From contig MQRK01247738.1 of assembly GCA_001938485.1 (NCBI GenBank), positions 30,174 to 94,173 of the forward strand: a DNA stretch of 64,000 nucleotides, given 5' to 3'. The stretch is from Girardia tigrina (lineage: Eukaryota). The stretch's first letter is position 1, and every line of letters starts with the position of its first letter. A program made the translations under genes and the position numbers. Shown here in pieces: positions 1-12,830 of this stretch. Below the pieces are notes generated by a model that saw only the letters and a list, made by a program, of their open reading frames with translations, had not been told where the DNA came from and did not search any database.

Positions 1-391
1 TGGAATAATTGAAAACTGAGGGTACACTAAAATTGTCTTTTCTGACCCAGAAAAGTTATTTTGTCCTTTTGAGTGCATTATGAAAAGTGCTTAGTATTTT
101 TTATAAAATTCTGTTATTTAAGAGTAAAACTTCGTCTTTTCTAAAATAGAATAAGATACTTCAAGCCATTAATTAGTATTTGCATTGTTTCAATGTAAAG
201 CCAACTCAATTAGATAAACCAATTATTAAATAAAATTTACCATTTGGAAGTTAAATTGAAATTATTGATTGACCAAACATTTGTAAGCCGAGCAACTCCC
301 GAACAAGTTTATCAAATCAGTTGAAAAGTGTTTCAGCGATGATAAAAATTCCTAATTTAACAATAAACAATTTTTAAATATGAATTAAATA

Positions 392-864
392 TGTTATTAA
401 CAACATCAGTATGGTTTTTCGAACATTTATTAAGATCACAAGTCGAATTGTCATTACAACAATTATTCAAACTACTTTCGCTATTCGACATTCTTTCTTG
501 ATTAATATATTTCTAAGTTTCTTCTTAATTTTTGATAATAAATGAAAAATATTCATTAATATTAATTAATTATCAAATTTTTAATTGGTTAAAATTAAAT
601 CTTAACATTTAAAAAAGTACAATTTAATTGACATATTAAAATTTTATATTTTAATCTTAAAAATTTAATATTACATTCGAAAACTTAAATATTACATTTG
701 AAAAATATTTTAAATATTTTTACTTTAAAATTAAATTAAATTATTTTCAATTAGTAGGAATCAAAGAAAATATCAATCATCCATCTGGGTAGGAGAGACA
801 CAATCCGAATCAACATATAACATGCAAAATATAAAACAACAAACAATTCAGAACATTCCTCACA
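392..864 (-). mobile_element. Gypsy-type LTR copy (family 1), TG...CA
   Basis: Minus strand begins TGTGAGGAATG and ends GTTGTTAATAACA. It aligns with copies at 11193-11603, 22843-23010 and 61962-62410. The same TGTGAGG start follows a polypurine tract (PPT) at 32054 and 54295. No target-site duplication (TSD) seen. Confidence 0.7.
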
Positions 865-982
865 GATGTAAAGATTGTTAAATGTAGATATCAGCAAAAA
901 AGAACAATTCAGATCTTTCTAAATATGAAGAGTAAGCAAAGGAGAATGAGGATCATTTAGAAATGTACAAATGTATAAAATG

Positions 983-1032
<50 letters not shown>

Positions 1033-1764
1033 GTACAAATGCTAGGTAAACAGAGCAAATTCACGCATTGAGACAGTTCTTTTGCTATAGTACCTTCACA
1101 GCCGATGAATTAGACATAAAACCGTGCTGGTTGACAGACTGTTAAATCAACACCGACTTCTAATAATGCCGATTTAGATGATTCCTACAAGGAAAATCGG
1201 GAGAATTTTTTGATAATACTAATAATATATTGATTCAATTGATAAATGACGATTTTATCACTTCTTTACTAATTATATTTCTAAAAATCAATTTAGTATA
1301 AATTTGCAAAATTTCGTTATCATTTGAATTACGGTTTGTCGGTCAACCTCAAATTTTACTATGATCATATATATACTTATAAAATGCGAAATGGAACAGG
1401 GAGTGAATCCGAGTGAAGTTGCAGTCAATCTACATAGGCTGAATCGAGACGGTTCTGTCAGTGCAGCACCTTCGCCGAAAGGTGTCGCGAGCCGATTTAG
1501 TTGGCTGTCGTTAAATTAATCCAGAATTCGAAACTAAATATATTTATTCGAGTAAATAATAAATTATAATAATTTAGATTGAAAAATTAAAGCAGAAACT
1601 TTCAAAGAATAAAATTCAGCTCACCCATATATGACGGATTTTTTTAGTTTTGTAATACCTGTATTGTTTTTGTGTCGCATTGCTGAGTGTGTGCTTGTAA
1701 TGTGTGTGTTTGTAAATAAGGAAAGATTGAATTGATTATTCTTGGAAAAAAGAATTGTTTAAAT

Positions 1765-2372
1765 CAGTGGTTCCCAACCTTTTTTGGCTCATCGCCCCTT
1801 TCTGAAGGTTGACTCTTATCTATCCCCCCAATTTCATTTTTATTATACGCCATTATTTTAATTTATAATTCGGAAATTGTATACTTTGAGGTGATGTTAT
1901 AAAAACTGAATTTTGATACTCTGTAGACTATTGACGACATTTCTTTTTTGAATTCATATCTGAAATATTAATTAAAACTGATTAAAGAAAATAAAATGGA
2001 GAAATCAAAAGAAAAAGAAAATTTAATTGCTGAATTTAACCAATATGTATAATTATTTTATATTATTAAATCAAAAACGTATCCAATTACATAAGAATAT
2101 TCATAATAATATTTTAAAAATTATACTTTTGAAACATAATAATGATTTTTTTAAATTTCTAACTGAATAAAAATATATAATGTTATTAGTTGTTAAGTTT
2201 AAATAATTTTTAAAATATATTAAAGTATATATAATTTTTTAAATTGTAGTTTTTTTTTGAAAATAAAAGATTTATTATAATGTCATTAAAATACCTATAT
2301 TTTATATTGAATTTTATTTGAATATCCATCGCCCCCAAATAACCAAAATCGTCCCCAGGTTGGGAACAACAG
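1765..2372. mobile_element. hAT (Charlie-like) non-autonomous element remnant
   Basis: Imperfect terminal inverted repeats (TIRs) CAGTGGTTCCCAACCT / AGGTTGGGAACAACAG. No 8-bp TSD seen. Confidence 0.5.
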
Positions 2373-2859
2373 ATGTATCGTTCTTTCAAATAACCGAATT
2401 CGCTCAGTTGGGGGTGATAGCCCCGCCCCAATGGGAACCAGAGTTAAGTACTTCCAAATAATTAGTTTACGCAAGTGACTTTTCGGTCATAATTGAAAAA
2501 AAATTAAGTTTCAATTTTCGGATCGATTTCAAATTAAAATTTTAAACAAATCTCAAAAAGCGATTTTAAAATTTAAGGTGATTTCTAAATGTTTAAATGA
2601 AACGAGGTCACTACATTACAATTACAAAGGTACAACGATATTTCAGAAATAAATATAAAATAATAATAAAAATTCACAGAATATTAAATTATCCAAGTGT
2701 ATATTTTATATTATCATGGAATATAAAAAAGTTTAAATTGGCATTCTTTTCTAAAATGTATTACCATATAAATGTTTAATAAATTATTTTGTTTTTCGTT
2801 TTTTATATAATTTATCTATTACTTTAGTAAAAAAATGAGTCTTACTCTTAACATTTCAG

Positions 2860-2987
2860 CTGACCTGACATCTCTTTTGACTATAAACAGTGGCCAATCC
2901 TTGCCAGACACGTTGGAAGGGGTCGCAGATTCCAGTGATATCATCCTTCATCTATCAATTGGATATGCTGTGGCATCGAATTTAAAA
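2860..2987 (+). CDS. Divergent ionotropic receptor (IR/iGluR family), internal exon (end of M3 to start of S2)
   Basis: Acceptor catttcag|. Encodes (A)DLTSLLTINSGQSLPDTLEGVADSSDIILHLSIGYAVASNLK, matching the IR 'ANLTSxLT...P.TLE.L' motif. Donor GTATTT, phase 0. Upstream exons not found. Confidence 0.75.
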
Positions 2988-3032
2988 GTATTTCTAAAAG
3001 AATTTAATTTGAACAATTCACTTTTTATTTAG

Positions 3033-3101
3033 ACCTCACAAGATGCCATTTTACAGAAATTATATTCGAAAAGCAAATTCGTACCGGATTGCTATGCATT
3101 G
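3033..3101 (+). CDS. Ionotropic receptor exon (S2)
   Basis: Follows a 45-nt GT-AG intron (2988-3032). Encodes TSQDAILQKLYSKSKFVPDCYAL. Donor GTAGTT, phase 0. Confidence 0.7.
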
Positions 3102-4066
3102 GTAGTTGTTGATTTATATGAATAAATATGTAATATTTATGTTATATTAATTATTTGTGATCATTCATAAATTAAAATTTATTAGAATATTAGAAATAAA
3201 ATCACAAAAGAGAGAAAATCCGTTTGAGCGAGCTTAGCCAATCTCTAAAGTTAAGCAAATAAAAGGTATTTTTTGGGTTGAGGGAAAGCAATTGAACATT
3301 CCAAATGTAAATTAAATCCGATGAAATATTAACATCTGATTTATTAGATATATTAAAAAATACAAATATCGTAACATAAACGAATGACTCTTCAACTGAA
3401 AATTGAAGGTTATTTTAAAAACTTCGAAAAAATTCGAACATTCTTTTAATAAAATTCATGATTAGTTAAAAAAATGTGCTAAAAAATTGAATTTGAATTA
3501 GTATTTTTTATTTTGATTTACGTACTGTTAATAAAAAAAGAGTCCAAAAGACTCTTCTATCCGGTTAAAGGTTAATTTTTTACATTTTCTTTATAGAAAT
3601 TTAAATATTATTGAATATAGAAATTTAAATTCTGCTAAAAAAACGTTGTGATCAGTCTCTGCATTCTGTGGAGGGAAATTCTATACGCAAATGTGGGCAC
3701 TAAAACCCTCAGAACCTTTATTAGGAGTTACCTTTTCGCTTTCCTTGCAAACCTGAAAGAAAAAAATCAAGAATATATTATGTCGAATGTCTTCGAACGT
3801 CTTTGAAAATGAATTTAATTGCGTCATACAAGGCTCACAGGTTACGAAATGATTACATATTTCTTTGTAATTCCGAAATAAAAATTCCATAATGTTGCCA
3901 GTTTCTTTTCTTATCGAGACTGAAAAATTATTGACCTAACCCAGTCTTTTCGTCAAACGTATCCCAGAATAAAAAAGGAAAAATAATATTTGAAATTTTT
4001 ATAATATAATTTTATTTTGAAATTTCTTTAGTATGTAATTTTTTTACGGTTTCTCTTGGCTTTTAG

Positions 4067-4239
4067 TTAAGCAGCCCTACAACCGAAAACATAGCTTGCA
4101 TTAGCGATTACAGTCAAATGAAATACGTGGAACTTTCGAAATGCTTCAGATATACGATTGTGTCAGAGGTTGTTGAATCTACCTTCACCGGCTTTCTCGT
4201 ACCAAAGTATTCTGAATACAAGGAAGCTTTTGATAAAGA
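4067..4239 (+). CDS. Ionotropic receptor exon (S2 ligand-binding lobe)
   Basis: Acceptor cttttag|. Encodes LSSPTTENIACISDYSQMKYVELSKCFRYTIVSEVVESTFTGFLVPKYSEYKEAFDK. 'GF..PK.S.Y...FD' is the iGluR/IR S2 motif. Phase-2 donor GA|GTAAAA. Confidence 0.8.
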
Positions 4240-4621
4240 GTAAAAGTTTTTAATAATTATTTGTAATCTATCAATTATTTTCTTGGGAATGGGTCAAAAT
4301 TTCGACTAAACTATATAATAATATCCATATTCTGTTATGTTTAATCACGAATAACTGTATAAAGTGGTATTTATAAACAGAAAAATATTTCATATTACTT
4401 AATTTGTAAACTAACCATTAACTTGCTTAATAAAAATTGTTTTCTATGTTAGAAATTTTGAGTTTAATTATTTTTATTTTGTTATTTTCAAACGTTCTTT
4501 TTGCCTGTACTTCCGATATATTAGGTTATCTCAAACGTTTAGTCGTAAAGAAAAAAGGAATATTTAACAATAGTATTTTTCACAATCAATATAACAATCA
4601 TGAAAGAAAATTACTTTATTA

Positions 4622-4858
4622 TTAGGTTGAGGAATAAGTTCCAGCCGTTTTTTGAAAAATTAAAATTTGGTTGGCTGAATTCTTCGAGTCAAGACTGGGC
4701 GATTTCTACCAAAGAGGCATTAAAAAACTTGTTGAACGTGGGAAGAAGTCGTGAACAATGGCGGAGATTATATTTCTGATTAATTTCTAGTAACTTTTTG
4801 TTAAAAAATAAAATTTTAATTTTTCAAAAAACGGCGGGAACTTATTCCTATATTCCAA
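4622..4858 (+). mobile_element. mariner internal-deletion derivative (MITE) in IR intron
   Basis: TA-flanked TIRs TTAGGTTGAGGAATAAGTTCC..., same family as 52175-53340. The interior is the 3' end of that transposase. Confidence 0.85.
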
Positions 4859-6479
4859 TACAATGTAATTTAACTTTTCAATCTGTTCTTGAAGTAGTAA
4901 AGTATCAAGATTATCACTGCATTAACCATACCCTTTTCATATGAAATTTGAATACTTTTTAAGTGGTGCTTTATGTTCCTAAGAAGAAATCTGTCACATA
5001 AATTTAGGTCAGGCGATCAATGTAACTTGATGCGAGTGCGTGCTCAGCGTGGCTGAGGCACCGTTATGCGAGTGGGAGATCTTCAGATCGTGAGGGGGGG
5101 AGGTAAATTTAATACATACACATTATACATCACTTTTTTCTTTCGATAGTAGGAATCATCGCTGTATCGATTCGAAGACGGTCGTTTTTCATTGGAATCA
5201 TCACGCCCTTTTTGGTAATCGTTGCGATCACAACTGTTCGTTCGAATCAACTGTTCCGATTAGCACTGAATTCGTTTGATTTGCCTCTATTGTCGTTATC
5301 ATAACCAGTTCAATAGCCTTTGTCTTTGTCATCACTAAATTTTTCATCGCGATTATTATATCTTTATCATTTTTTTAGACTGAAAGCGGCTTCCTCCTCC
5401 ACCGACGTTATATTTATTACTACTAAATCTGCTCGTTTGTTCACTGCTCGTGTTGATATTGTCATCAAATTAATTATAGTCCCACTCGGTCAAAGAAAAT
5501 GCGCACAACAAAGAAAATCGATTACAAAATATTTACCGTCGGTCGACGAAAAAAAACGCACACAAGTAGCAAAAAAGTCGATAATTCTATAGATAAATAC
5601 GGACAAAAAAATTCGATTCATAATTGATATTTACTGTTTATTCAAATTCAAAAAAAACCGTAATCCATCATCACACAAAAAAAACTAATAATTGATTCCC
5701 ATAAACAAAAATTAAATGGTTTTATTAATTAAATAATTAATAAAACTTTAATAAAACTTTAATCAAAGTTTTCAAATTCCACTAACTGATAATATTCAGA
5801 CAAAAATTGAATCAAATATTGATTCGGAAATTATTCGTTTTAATTCATTTTGGAAATTGAATAAATGATTTTTCTTCAAATTTCTTTCAGATAAAATTAG
5901 ATAGAAAAAATCAGAATTACAATTTCAACCATTTTGACGGTTGAAGATCATGAAAATTACGAAAAATTAGTTGTCCGAATTCCAAAGATTTTTTTACACA
6001 GTTTGATCCAGTAACAATTTGTGAAATGAATTTCAAAAACTCAGTTTCAGTAGAAAATCTGTTTTCACTTACATTAGAACATAAAAACAGCAACATTGAT
6101 TGACCAAATTCAAATGGAAAATCTTATTATTGCACAATTTTCTTCGATTTCTTATTAATAAATTCAAATTACAATCAGAATTTATATGGATGAACAAGAT
6201 ATGAAAACAATGTAATTATAATTATCAAGTCCAATGTTTCACCGAATGACGTTATTAATCCGCATTTATCGACCGATAATTGATCTCCACTTTTGTAATT
6301 TTCCTTTTAAATTTGAAGATAAATCAACGAAATTCTTGATTGAATTTTCAATTTTGATAACATTATTTTGATTCATTTTTAAACATTCGAACATAGATTC
6401 CATGTTACCAAACTCCTTTCCCTCTCCAAAGTGATTTAGTAATTAAAATTTATCGTAAAACATAACTGGTTGACCATTT

Positions 6480-7800
6480 CAAAGCCACTACTTTCAAGAA
6501 ACTGCTAGGTAATACAAGCAATGTGTGAAAGCAGATTAGAGAATTCTGTTGCATTTTTTTTCGTTTCCTCCATAACTCTCTCACACGTTTTAAGAAATTT
6601 ACAAAAGACTCGATGTTTATCGATGATCCTTAAGTTTTTCTTTCCAGTAAGTATCTTCCGTTGGGAAAGACACTAATTGACAGCATTCTTTTGTTCTTTG
6701 CATTTTAGGACGATCGTCATCTTTTTAGATCCATGCTCGACGCTTTGAGAGAGACAAATTATCAAAATAAATTCATGAATCATCTTGTACTGCATAGTTT
6801 TAGAGTTTAAAAGCTATTAAGGAGCAATATATTAAGGAGTTTTGTTATCAATACAAAATGCCCCATCAGTGTCTCAATCAATTGTCAGAGAATGATTTGC
6901 TTTGAGCGAAACTACAACCGGTTTGAAAACTATGACTAAATGGGCTTGGTTCTAGTTTCATGGCCACATTAAAATGTCAATTGAAAACTTTATAGACAGT
7001 CGCACAATTTGGTTTCTCTTCGATTAATATTCAAAACATTATTTCCAGTATGACGACTTTTACACGATCATTTCCTGCTTTACAACTTCCAAAATAGAAT
7101 TATCAGCTCAAAATATTTGTCTGAAATCAGTGGTTCTGAACCAGAGATGTCCATATCAATAGTGGGGCGAAATAGCATTTTTTTGGGTTGAGGGAAAGCA
7201 ATTGAACATTCCAAATGTTCTGGTTGAAAACTATTGTTTAACTTTACTATGAATGAATAAAAATAATTTATATGCACAATATTGAATATGGAAAAATAAA
7301 CTTTATTCAAACAAACTAAGCTCTTTTCCTAACTATTATAGACACTGAAAACAAATGCTCTTGGTTCACATAGGACAAGTCCCTAATAAATGTCCCGATA
7401 ATATTCATCACAAATGCTTAGATAGAGAATACGTGCATATATGAAATTGCTTCTCTTCATTACTACAAATATTTGATCGACAAGTATAAAATTTGTAGAA
7501 CTTAAGTCAAAGTTTATTGATAATTTACCAATACAAATAGTTATGTCATTCATCAAAATCTGCACCCATATTATTGACACTTCTTTGTTATTTGAGTGGC
7601 AATATGTTGAGGTTATTTACATAAAAATAAGGTAAGCGAGAATCTATAAATTTGTGGAAAGCCATTTACACAGCATCTTTGAATTGAAAGAATCATCAAG
7701 CAAGCACCCAAATGCTTTTGTCTCTACTTTTCATTCAATATTTTACTTTTCACGAATTTTCTGAACCAATTTGAGACTTGCTGCTGTAAATACATTATTG
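6480..7800 (-). mobile_element. Highly degenerate hAT transposase remnants
   Basis: Minus-strand TDGA-like (about 6860) and 'SICDEYYRDI' (DES.D-like, about 7400) motifs. CAGTGGTT TIR-like end at 7128. Confidence 0.35.
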
Positions 7801-8154
7801 ATGTTTTGCATAGTAATGTTTTTGCATAAATAATTTCATTTTCTTTTAATAAAATTCCGAAATTTTATCATAATTAACATAAACTTTATTTTACTTCTTG
7901 ATTATTTTAAATTTAAAATTCTGTATTTAATTCAACTATTATTTCAAAAATTTTTAAAATATTTTCTAAAAATTTATAACAGAAATAAGCATAAATTTTA
8001 TTTAGAAGTACGTTCCACATCAACAGAAAAACTAAAACTATTTCCATTATTTTCATTGCTTTCTTTTTAAAAATTGTTAAAATCGAAAGGAAAATTTTGT
8101 TTCTAGTATTCCATTAACATTCATTCCCATAACAGTTTAAAAAAAAATTTCCTT

Positions 8155-8815
8155 TATAAAAAAAGCTTTAATCAAATTATATTTTCGAAATATTAAATTG
8201 TTTAATTAATACGATATAAAAAAGTATATATTAACTTTAAATGGAATATTTAAAAATGAATATTATAATTTATTAAAGTATTATTGAGTAATAATGGCAA
8301 AAATATCTTAATTAAAAATTTTAAGTATTGAAATAACTTTATTTTGCCCTTTCTGAATGTTAATTGATGGGTTGTAGTGTCTTATTAGTAGAGATTCACA
8401 AAACTGTCGTTCGTAATGTGAATCAAAACCCTTTTGTAAAACAGAAAACTCATCTTTTGAAATCGAATAGGTTCTATCCTTACAACATAACCAATGATCA
8501 AGAACCTTACTCGATCGACTCATTTACGAGTGCTCACTAATCCATGTTTTGAGATGATGTACATTGTAGAGACAAATCGTCATCTCAAAACCTGGATTAA
8601 GGAACACTCACAGTCAAGTATATCGAGTAAGGTTCTTGATCACTGCAGATGTTGCAAAGAAAGATCTTCATCTATTTCTAAAGATAAACTTACTATTCTT
8701 CAGAAGAATTTTGATTTTTATTATGAGAGGTTGTATTGTGAATCATTGCTAATAAGACACTATAACCCATTGATCAATATCCAAAATGGGAAAAGTAAAG
8801 CAACCTCAATATTAG
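8155..8815. mobile_element. Penelope-like GIY-YIG 3' fragments, head-to-head
   Basis: ORF 8494-8844 (+) carries 'YIVETNRHLKTWIKEH'; it and ORF 8308-8523 (-) both carry 'CESLLIRHYNP.INIQ'. Confidence 0.8.
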
Positions 8816-8884
8816 ATATATATATATATATATATATATATTGAGTATTCTTTTTACGACTCATTTATCAAATTATTATTCCAG

Positions 8885-9098
8885 AATTCAAATGCTCTCC
8901 GACAGTGGAATCATTCTAAAATGGTTCTTTGAAGACCTTTATAAGAATATTGAAATATGCGACAAGAGTGCCTACGAATCGGTCCCGATCAGCTTTAACA
9001 ATTCCACCGGAATATTTATTGTAACCATAGTAATTTACATTTTTGGAATGATTTTACTCACAATTGAATTAATACTGAAGAAAATGTTTAAAAAATGA
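8885..9098 (+). CDS. Ionotropic receptor last exon (end of S2, M4, C-tail)
   Basis: Acceptor ttattccag| is phase-compatible (GA+A = Glu). Encodes EIQMLSDSGIILKW...ISFNNSTGIFIVTIVIYIFGMILLTIELILKKMFKK*. AATAAA at 9103-9108. Confidence 0.8.
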
Positions 9099-9589
9099 GC
9101 ACAATAAAACTTCAACAACATTCTTTTACACATTTTAGTAGTAGATTTGCTTAATAAATCGGTTTTATTCATTTTATTTTTTATAACAAAATTAACTTTT
9201 AAAAAAGTATTTGATTATAACGTGTTCAATTTCAATGAAGCGGTTTCTGCGAAGGAAATATTCCACTGATCATAACAGATGATAATCTGCTGAGAACACA
9301 ACTCGGCTATATGATCGGGAACATCTCAACAAATTCTTCGCGTTTTGGCGCATTTGGATTTAAACACAATATCTAGCATTGTCTTCTTGAAAACATGAGC
9401 CGTATTCATACCACGAACTTGCAAAGCGGTCTAATTTGGTGCAATAAACTTTAGAGATAATTATTTAACCGCGCGGAAGGAGTTCTCAGTGATAATATTT
9501 AAATGTCATCCATTAAACTTGCAAAATTCCCTTTATTTGATGCTGGTCACTTTGAGCCGTCCGTTTTAAAAGTTGGCACAGACTCGAGC

Positions 9590-10097
9590 ATAGTTTGCAT
9601 TTTAAATTACAGCATATTACAGGATATTAAAAACTTTTAAAATATTAAATCGTTTCAAATTTTAATAGGAAAAATTTAAATAAAGTAAATAACTTTTAAA
9701 TAATTTTTAAATATTAAATTAATCTTTTTTTCTTTAAATAAAATCATTTTTAAAGTTAAATTAATATTTAGATAAAATTATTACAAAATTATAAAATTAG
9801 AACTTTTAAAATAAAATCTGAAAATCATTTAAAATGAATATTTGTTAGAATAATTGTTTATTGACAGGACATTAACAACAATTTATCAATTTAGTGAGAT
9901 GTCAAATTATAAAATTTAGCTTAGAATTGTCCAAAAGACAATGAAAATAAATGTATGAAAACCCATATGTTCCTAATAATTCTGATATACTCACAAAAAT
10001 ATCAATCTCCCTTCTGAATAGGAGAAACACATTACCAAAACAACATACGACAGCACACGAAATGCAGTTTTCTGAATGTTTTAAAATATTCCTCACA
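9590..10097. mobile_element. Two partial Gypsy LTR remnants
   Basis: 9590-9880 aligns with LTR 32054-32455 (+). The 9900-10097 part ends ATATTCCTCACA with the shared LTR motif (-). Confidence 0.55.
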
Positions 10098-11192
10098 TCT
10101 TACTTGGTTTTAATGGCTTAAGCAAATCTCTATTTTAAATCACATTTGTTCCAATATCTCTTTCCAACTCAAAATAATCTTCGTGTATTAAACTTTTTAC
10201 TACAATTTCACTCATATATTGATCTGTATTTAGTTAAATTGTCGTTCTTTAATAATACTCTATCCTCAATTTATATGTTCTTTTTGTCTTCACTTGGTTA
10301 TCAATCTCGTTAAAATACTAAAATACAATAATAAGTGTTTATTAATTTTAATATTGGCATAAAATATTTATATAATACAAAAGTATAATAGTAAAAAAAA
10401 TAAAAAAATATTGGTGAATTCGAGGTTAAAATGGAAGTTTCAAACAGTGACCAATTATTCTTTTGATCAATTCATATGGAAGCAAATTATCAGCGCAGAG
10501 GCGCTTCTTTTTGGTGCACTTATTTTCGGAAAATCCCTGTACAATTCATCTACAAATGACTTTAGATTCTTCAAAAAGGTATAAATGAAGATCAAATAAT
10601 TATAAGTTATTTAATTAAAACTGATAAAACTTCATGATCAAATTAATCTCAGAGACATCATTGAATTCTCAGAGAATTATTGAGATTCGTCCTTATGTAA
10701 AAAATAGTATTGTGACATCGAAAAAAGATTTCAACATTAACGTTTACTCAATCATTTATCTACCGCAAATATCGATAATATCGAATGAGTATGTTCATGA
10801 ATATGTTCATTTATTTCATTATTAAAAAAATATTTTAATTAATTTAAAATTTTGTTCAATTATTATTATTATGGAAACAACAATTAATTATAATAATATT
10901 AAAAAATCATTCTGAAATAATTTTTTTCTCTTAAAAGTAATTTTTTTTAAATTTGGTTTGCAGGCTCATTGTACAATATTGGTGCTTGTAATGACCACTT
11001 TTCATTTCTGTATCAAATACTAAATTTTTTTATGTACTTTTATTTATATAAAATTATTATATCCTAGTATCTATGTTCAATTATTGTATAGCATTATTTG
11101 TATTAAATTATTATTTTTAATTATGTATGTGTATATATATTGTATTATTTTTATTAGTATTATTATTATTACCTAATTGAAAATGATAATAG

Positions 11193-11603
11193 CGATATTA
11201 ACAACATCAATATTAGTTTATAAACATTTATTAACATCATAAGCGCCTTCACTATTTAACATTTTTCTTGATTAATATATTTCTAAATTCATAGTAGTTT
11301 TTTCAATAAATAAAAAATATTTATTATTAATTATAAAGATTCTAATTGGTTAAAATTAAATCTAAACATTTTAAAAAAGTACATATTAAATAAATATATT
11401 AAAATTTTAAATTACATTAAAAATTAAATATTACATTTGAAAATTATTTGAAATCATTTTACTATAAAATTAAATTAAATTATTTTCAATTAGTACCAAC
11501 CAATGAAAGAAAATATCAATCATCCATCTGTGTAGGAGAGGCACAATCCGAATCAACATACAACATGCACAATATCAACACACAATTCAAAACATTCCTC
11601 ACA
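11193..11603 (-). mobile_element. Gypsy-type LTR copy (family 1)
   Basis: Aligns with 392-864; ends CATTCCTCACA. Confidence 0.7.
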
Positions 11604-11800
11604 AGTGATATAATATCGCTATAATAATTTAACGAATTTCATAAATTAAAAATTTTAAAGTAATTGTTAATTATATTTACATGAAATAAAAATTATTATA
11701 TATTACTTGTGGAAATTTCTGATACCATGACTGAGATAACTATTTATGACAACTTTATTGAAGAAAATTATTTTGTTAAACTAAAATTATTCTAATTTAA

Positions 11801-11987
11801 CACATTGAATGCTGAGTACGAGATATCTCGTACTTTGGCTTACATTACTAAGACGCTAAGTACAAGATATCTCGTACTCAGCATTCAATGTGTTAAATGC
11901 TAAAAAGGCAACAATGTTCGATCATATTTTTCAAAAGAGTCTCTATGATACTAAGTTCGGTGCATGATGTCAACAGCAGTCAATGTG
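11801..11987. mobile_element. piggyBac-like MITE
   Basis: TTAA-flanked TIR CACATTGAATGCTGAGTACGAGATATCT forms a hairpin at 11801-11892. A second right end GCAGTCAATGTG|TTAA lies at 11987. The element is absent from the paralogous site at about 25560. Confidence 0.75.
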
Positions 11988-12310
11988 TTAAATAAAATTT
12001 TATGATAATCGTAAAGAAAACATCCGTATCCGTCTACCAGAAAATTACGAACATAACTGCTGCTAACAATATAAATATTGACCTTATTTTCTAAACTTTT
12101 CAAGGAGATTCCAATATCTAAGGTAACATTCATCATTGTTGTTAATTGTCTCCAGCATCATTAATACTCTTATTGTGATCCTAAATTTGATTCATACTAA
12201 ATTTTGGTTTAGTTTATATTGTTGATTAATTACAATTGTAATTTTATTCATAGTAAACATTTTTATATTATTCATATAAGAACATAACTTAACTGATCAT
12301 CCATATTTAT

Positions 12311-12830
12311 ATCAAGAAATAGTTTAAAATTACTTTAGTTGGGAATAAAATGGGTCAAAGTTCGGGCCCATAGAAACGCACCCCCAAATAAGATCTTCAA
12401 AAATTTGAAAGATATGATCACCGACATTTATTGTCACAATGTCCAGAGGAATATTTGCCGAAGGAATTATAATATCAACGAAAAAATCAAGAGTAATTTG
12501 AGTTCCTTCTTAAGAGAATTTGACGATTGTTCCGACAATCGTTTCATTGAGAAGCGGTTTAGAAACAACGAATCTGTATTCGACTGTCGCATGATAAGCT
12601 CCATCGCCCGGATGGATTTCACAATCGCCGATTTTTAAAGTATCCCATAAAAAAATTCCTAGTCCGATTTTCAAGATGACTATTTGACAGTTTTTTATTG
12701 ATATTTTGTTCAATATCATCGACGATATAATCTTGAAAATTTCTCGGTTCGATACGTATAATTTCTTTAGTTTTTATCACTTGAAAGATAATTAATTCAC
12801 ACATAATTAAAATATATTAATATTATAATT
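12311..12830 (+). mobile_element. Degenerate RNase H-containing retroelement fragment
   Basis: 'IKWVKVRAHRNAPPNK' resembles the RNase H 'W.KVKAH.G..GN' motif. The segment is absent from the paralogous block at about 27150. Confidence 0.4.

Noticed and set aside
990-1030. (TA)n tracts here and elsewhere, and the poly-YI ORFs they produce
   Set aside because: Ordinary microsatellites.
1460-1510. Two adjacent GC-rich hairpins
   Set aside because: No ribozyme core, tRNA fold or Helitron CTRR end could be assigned.
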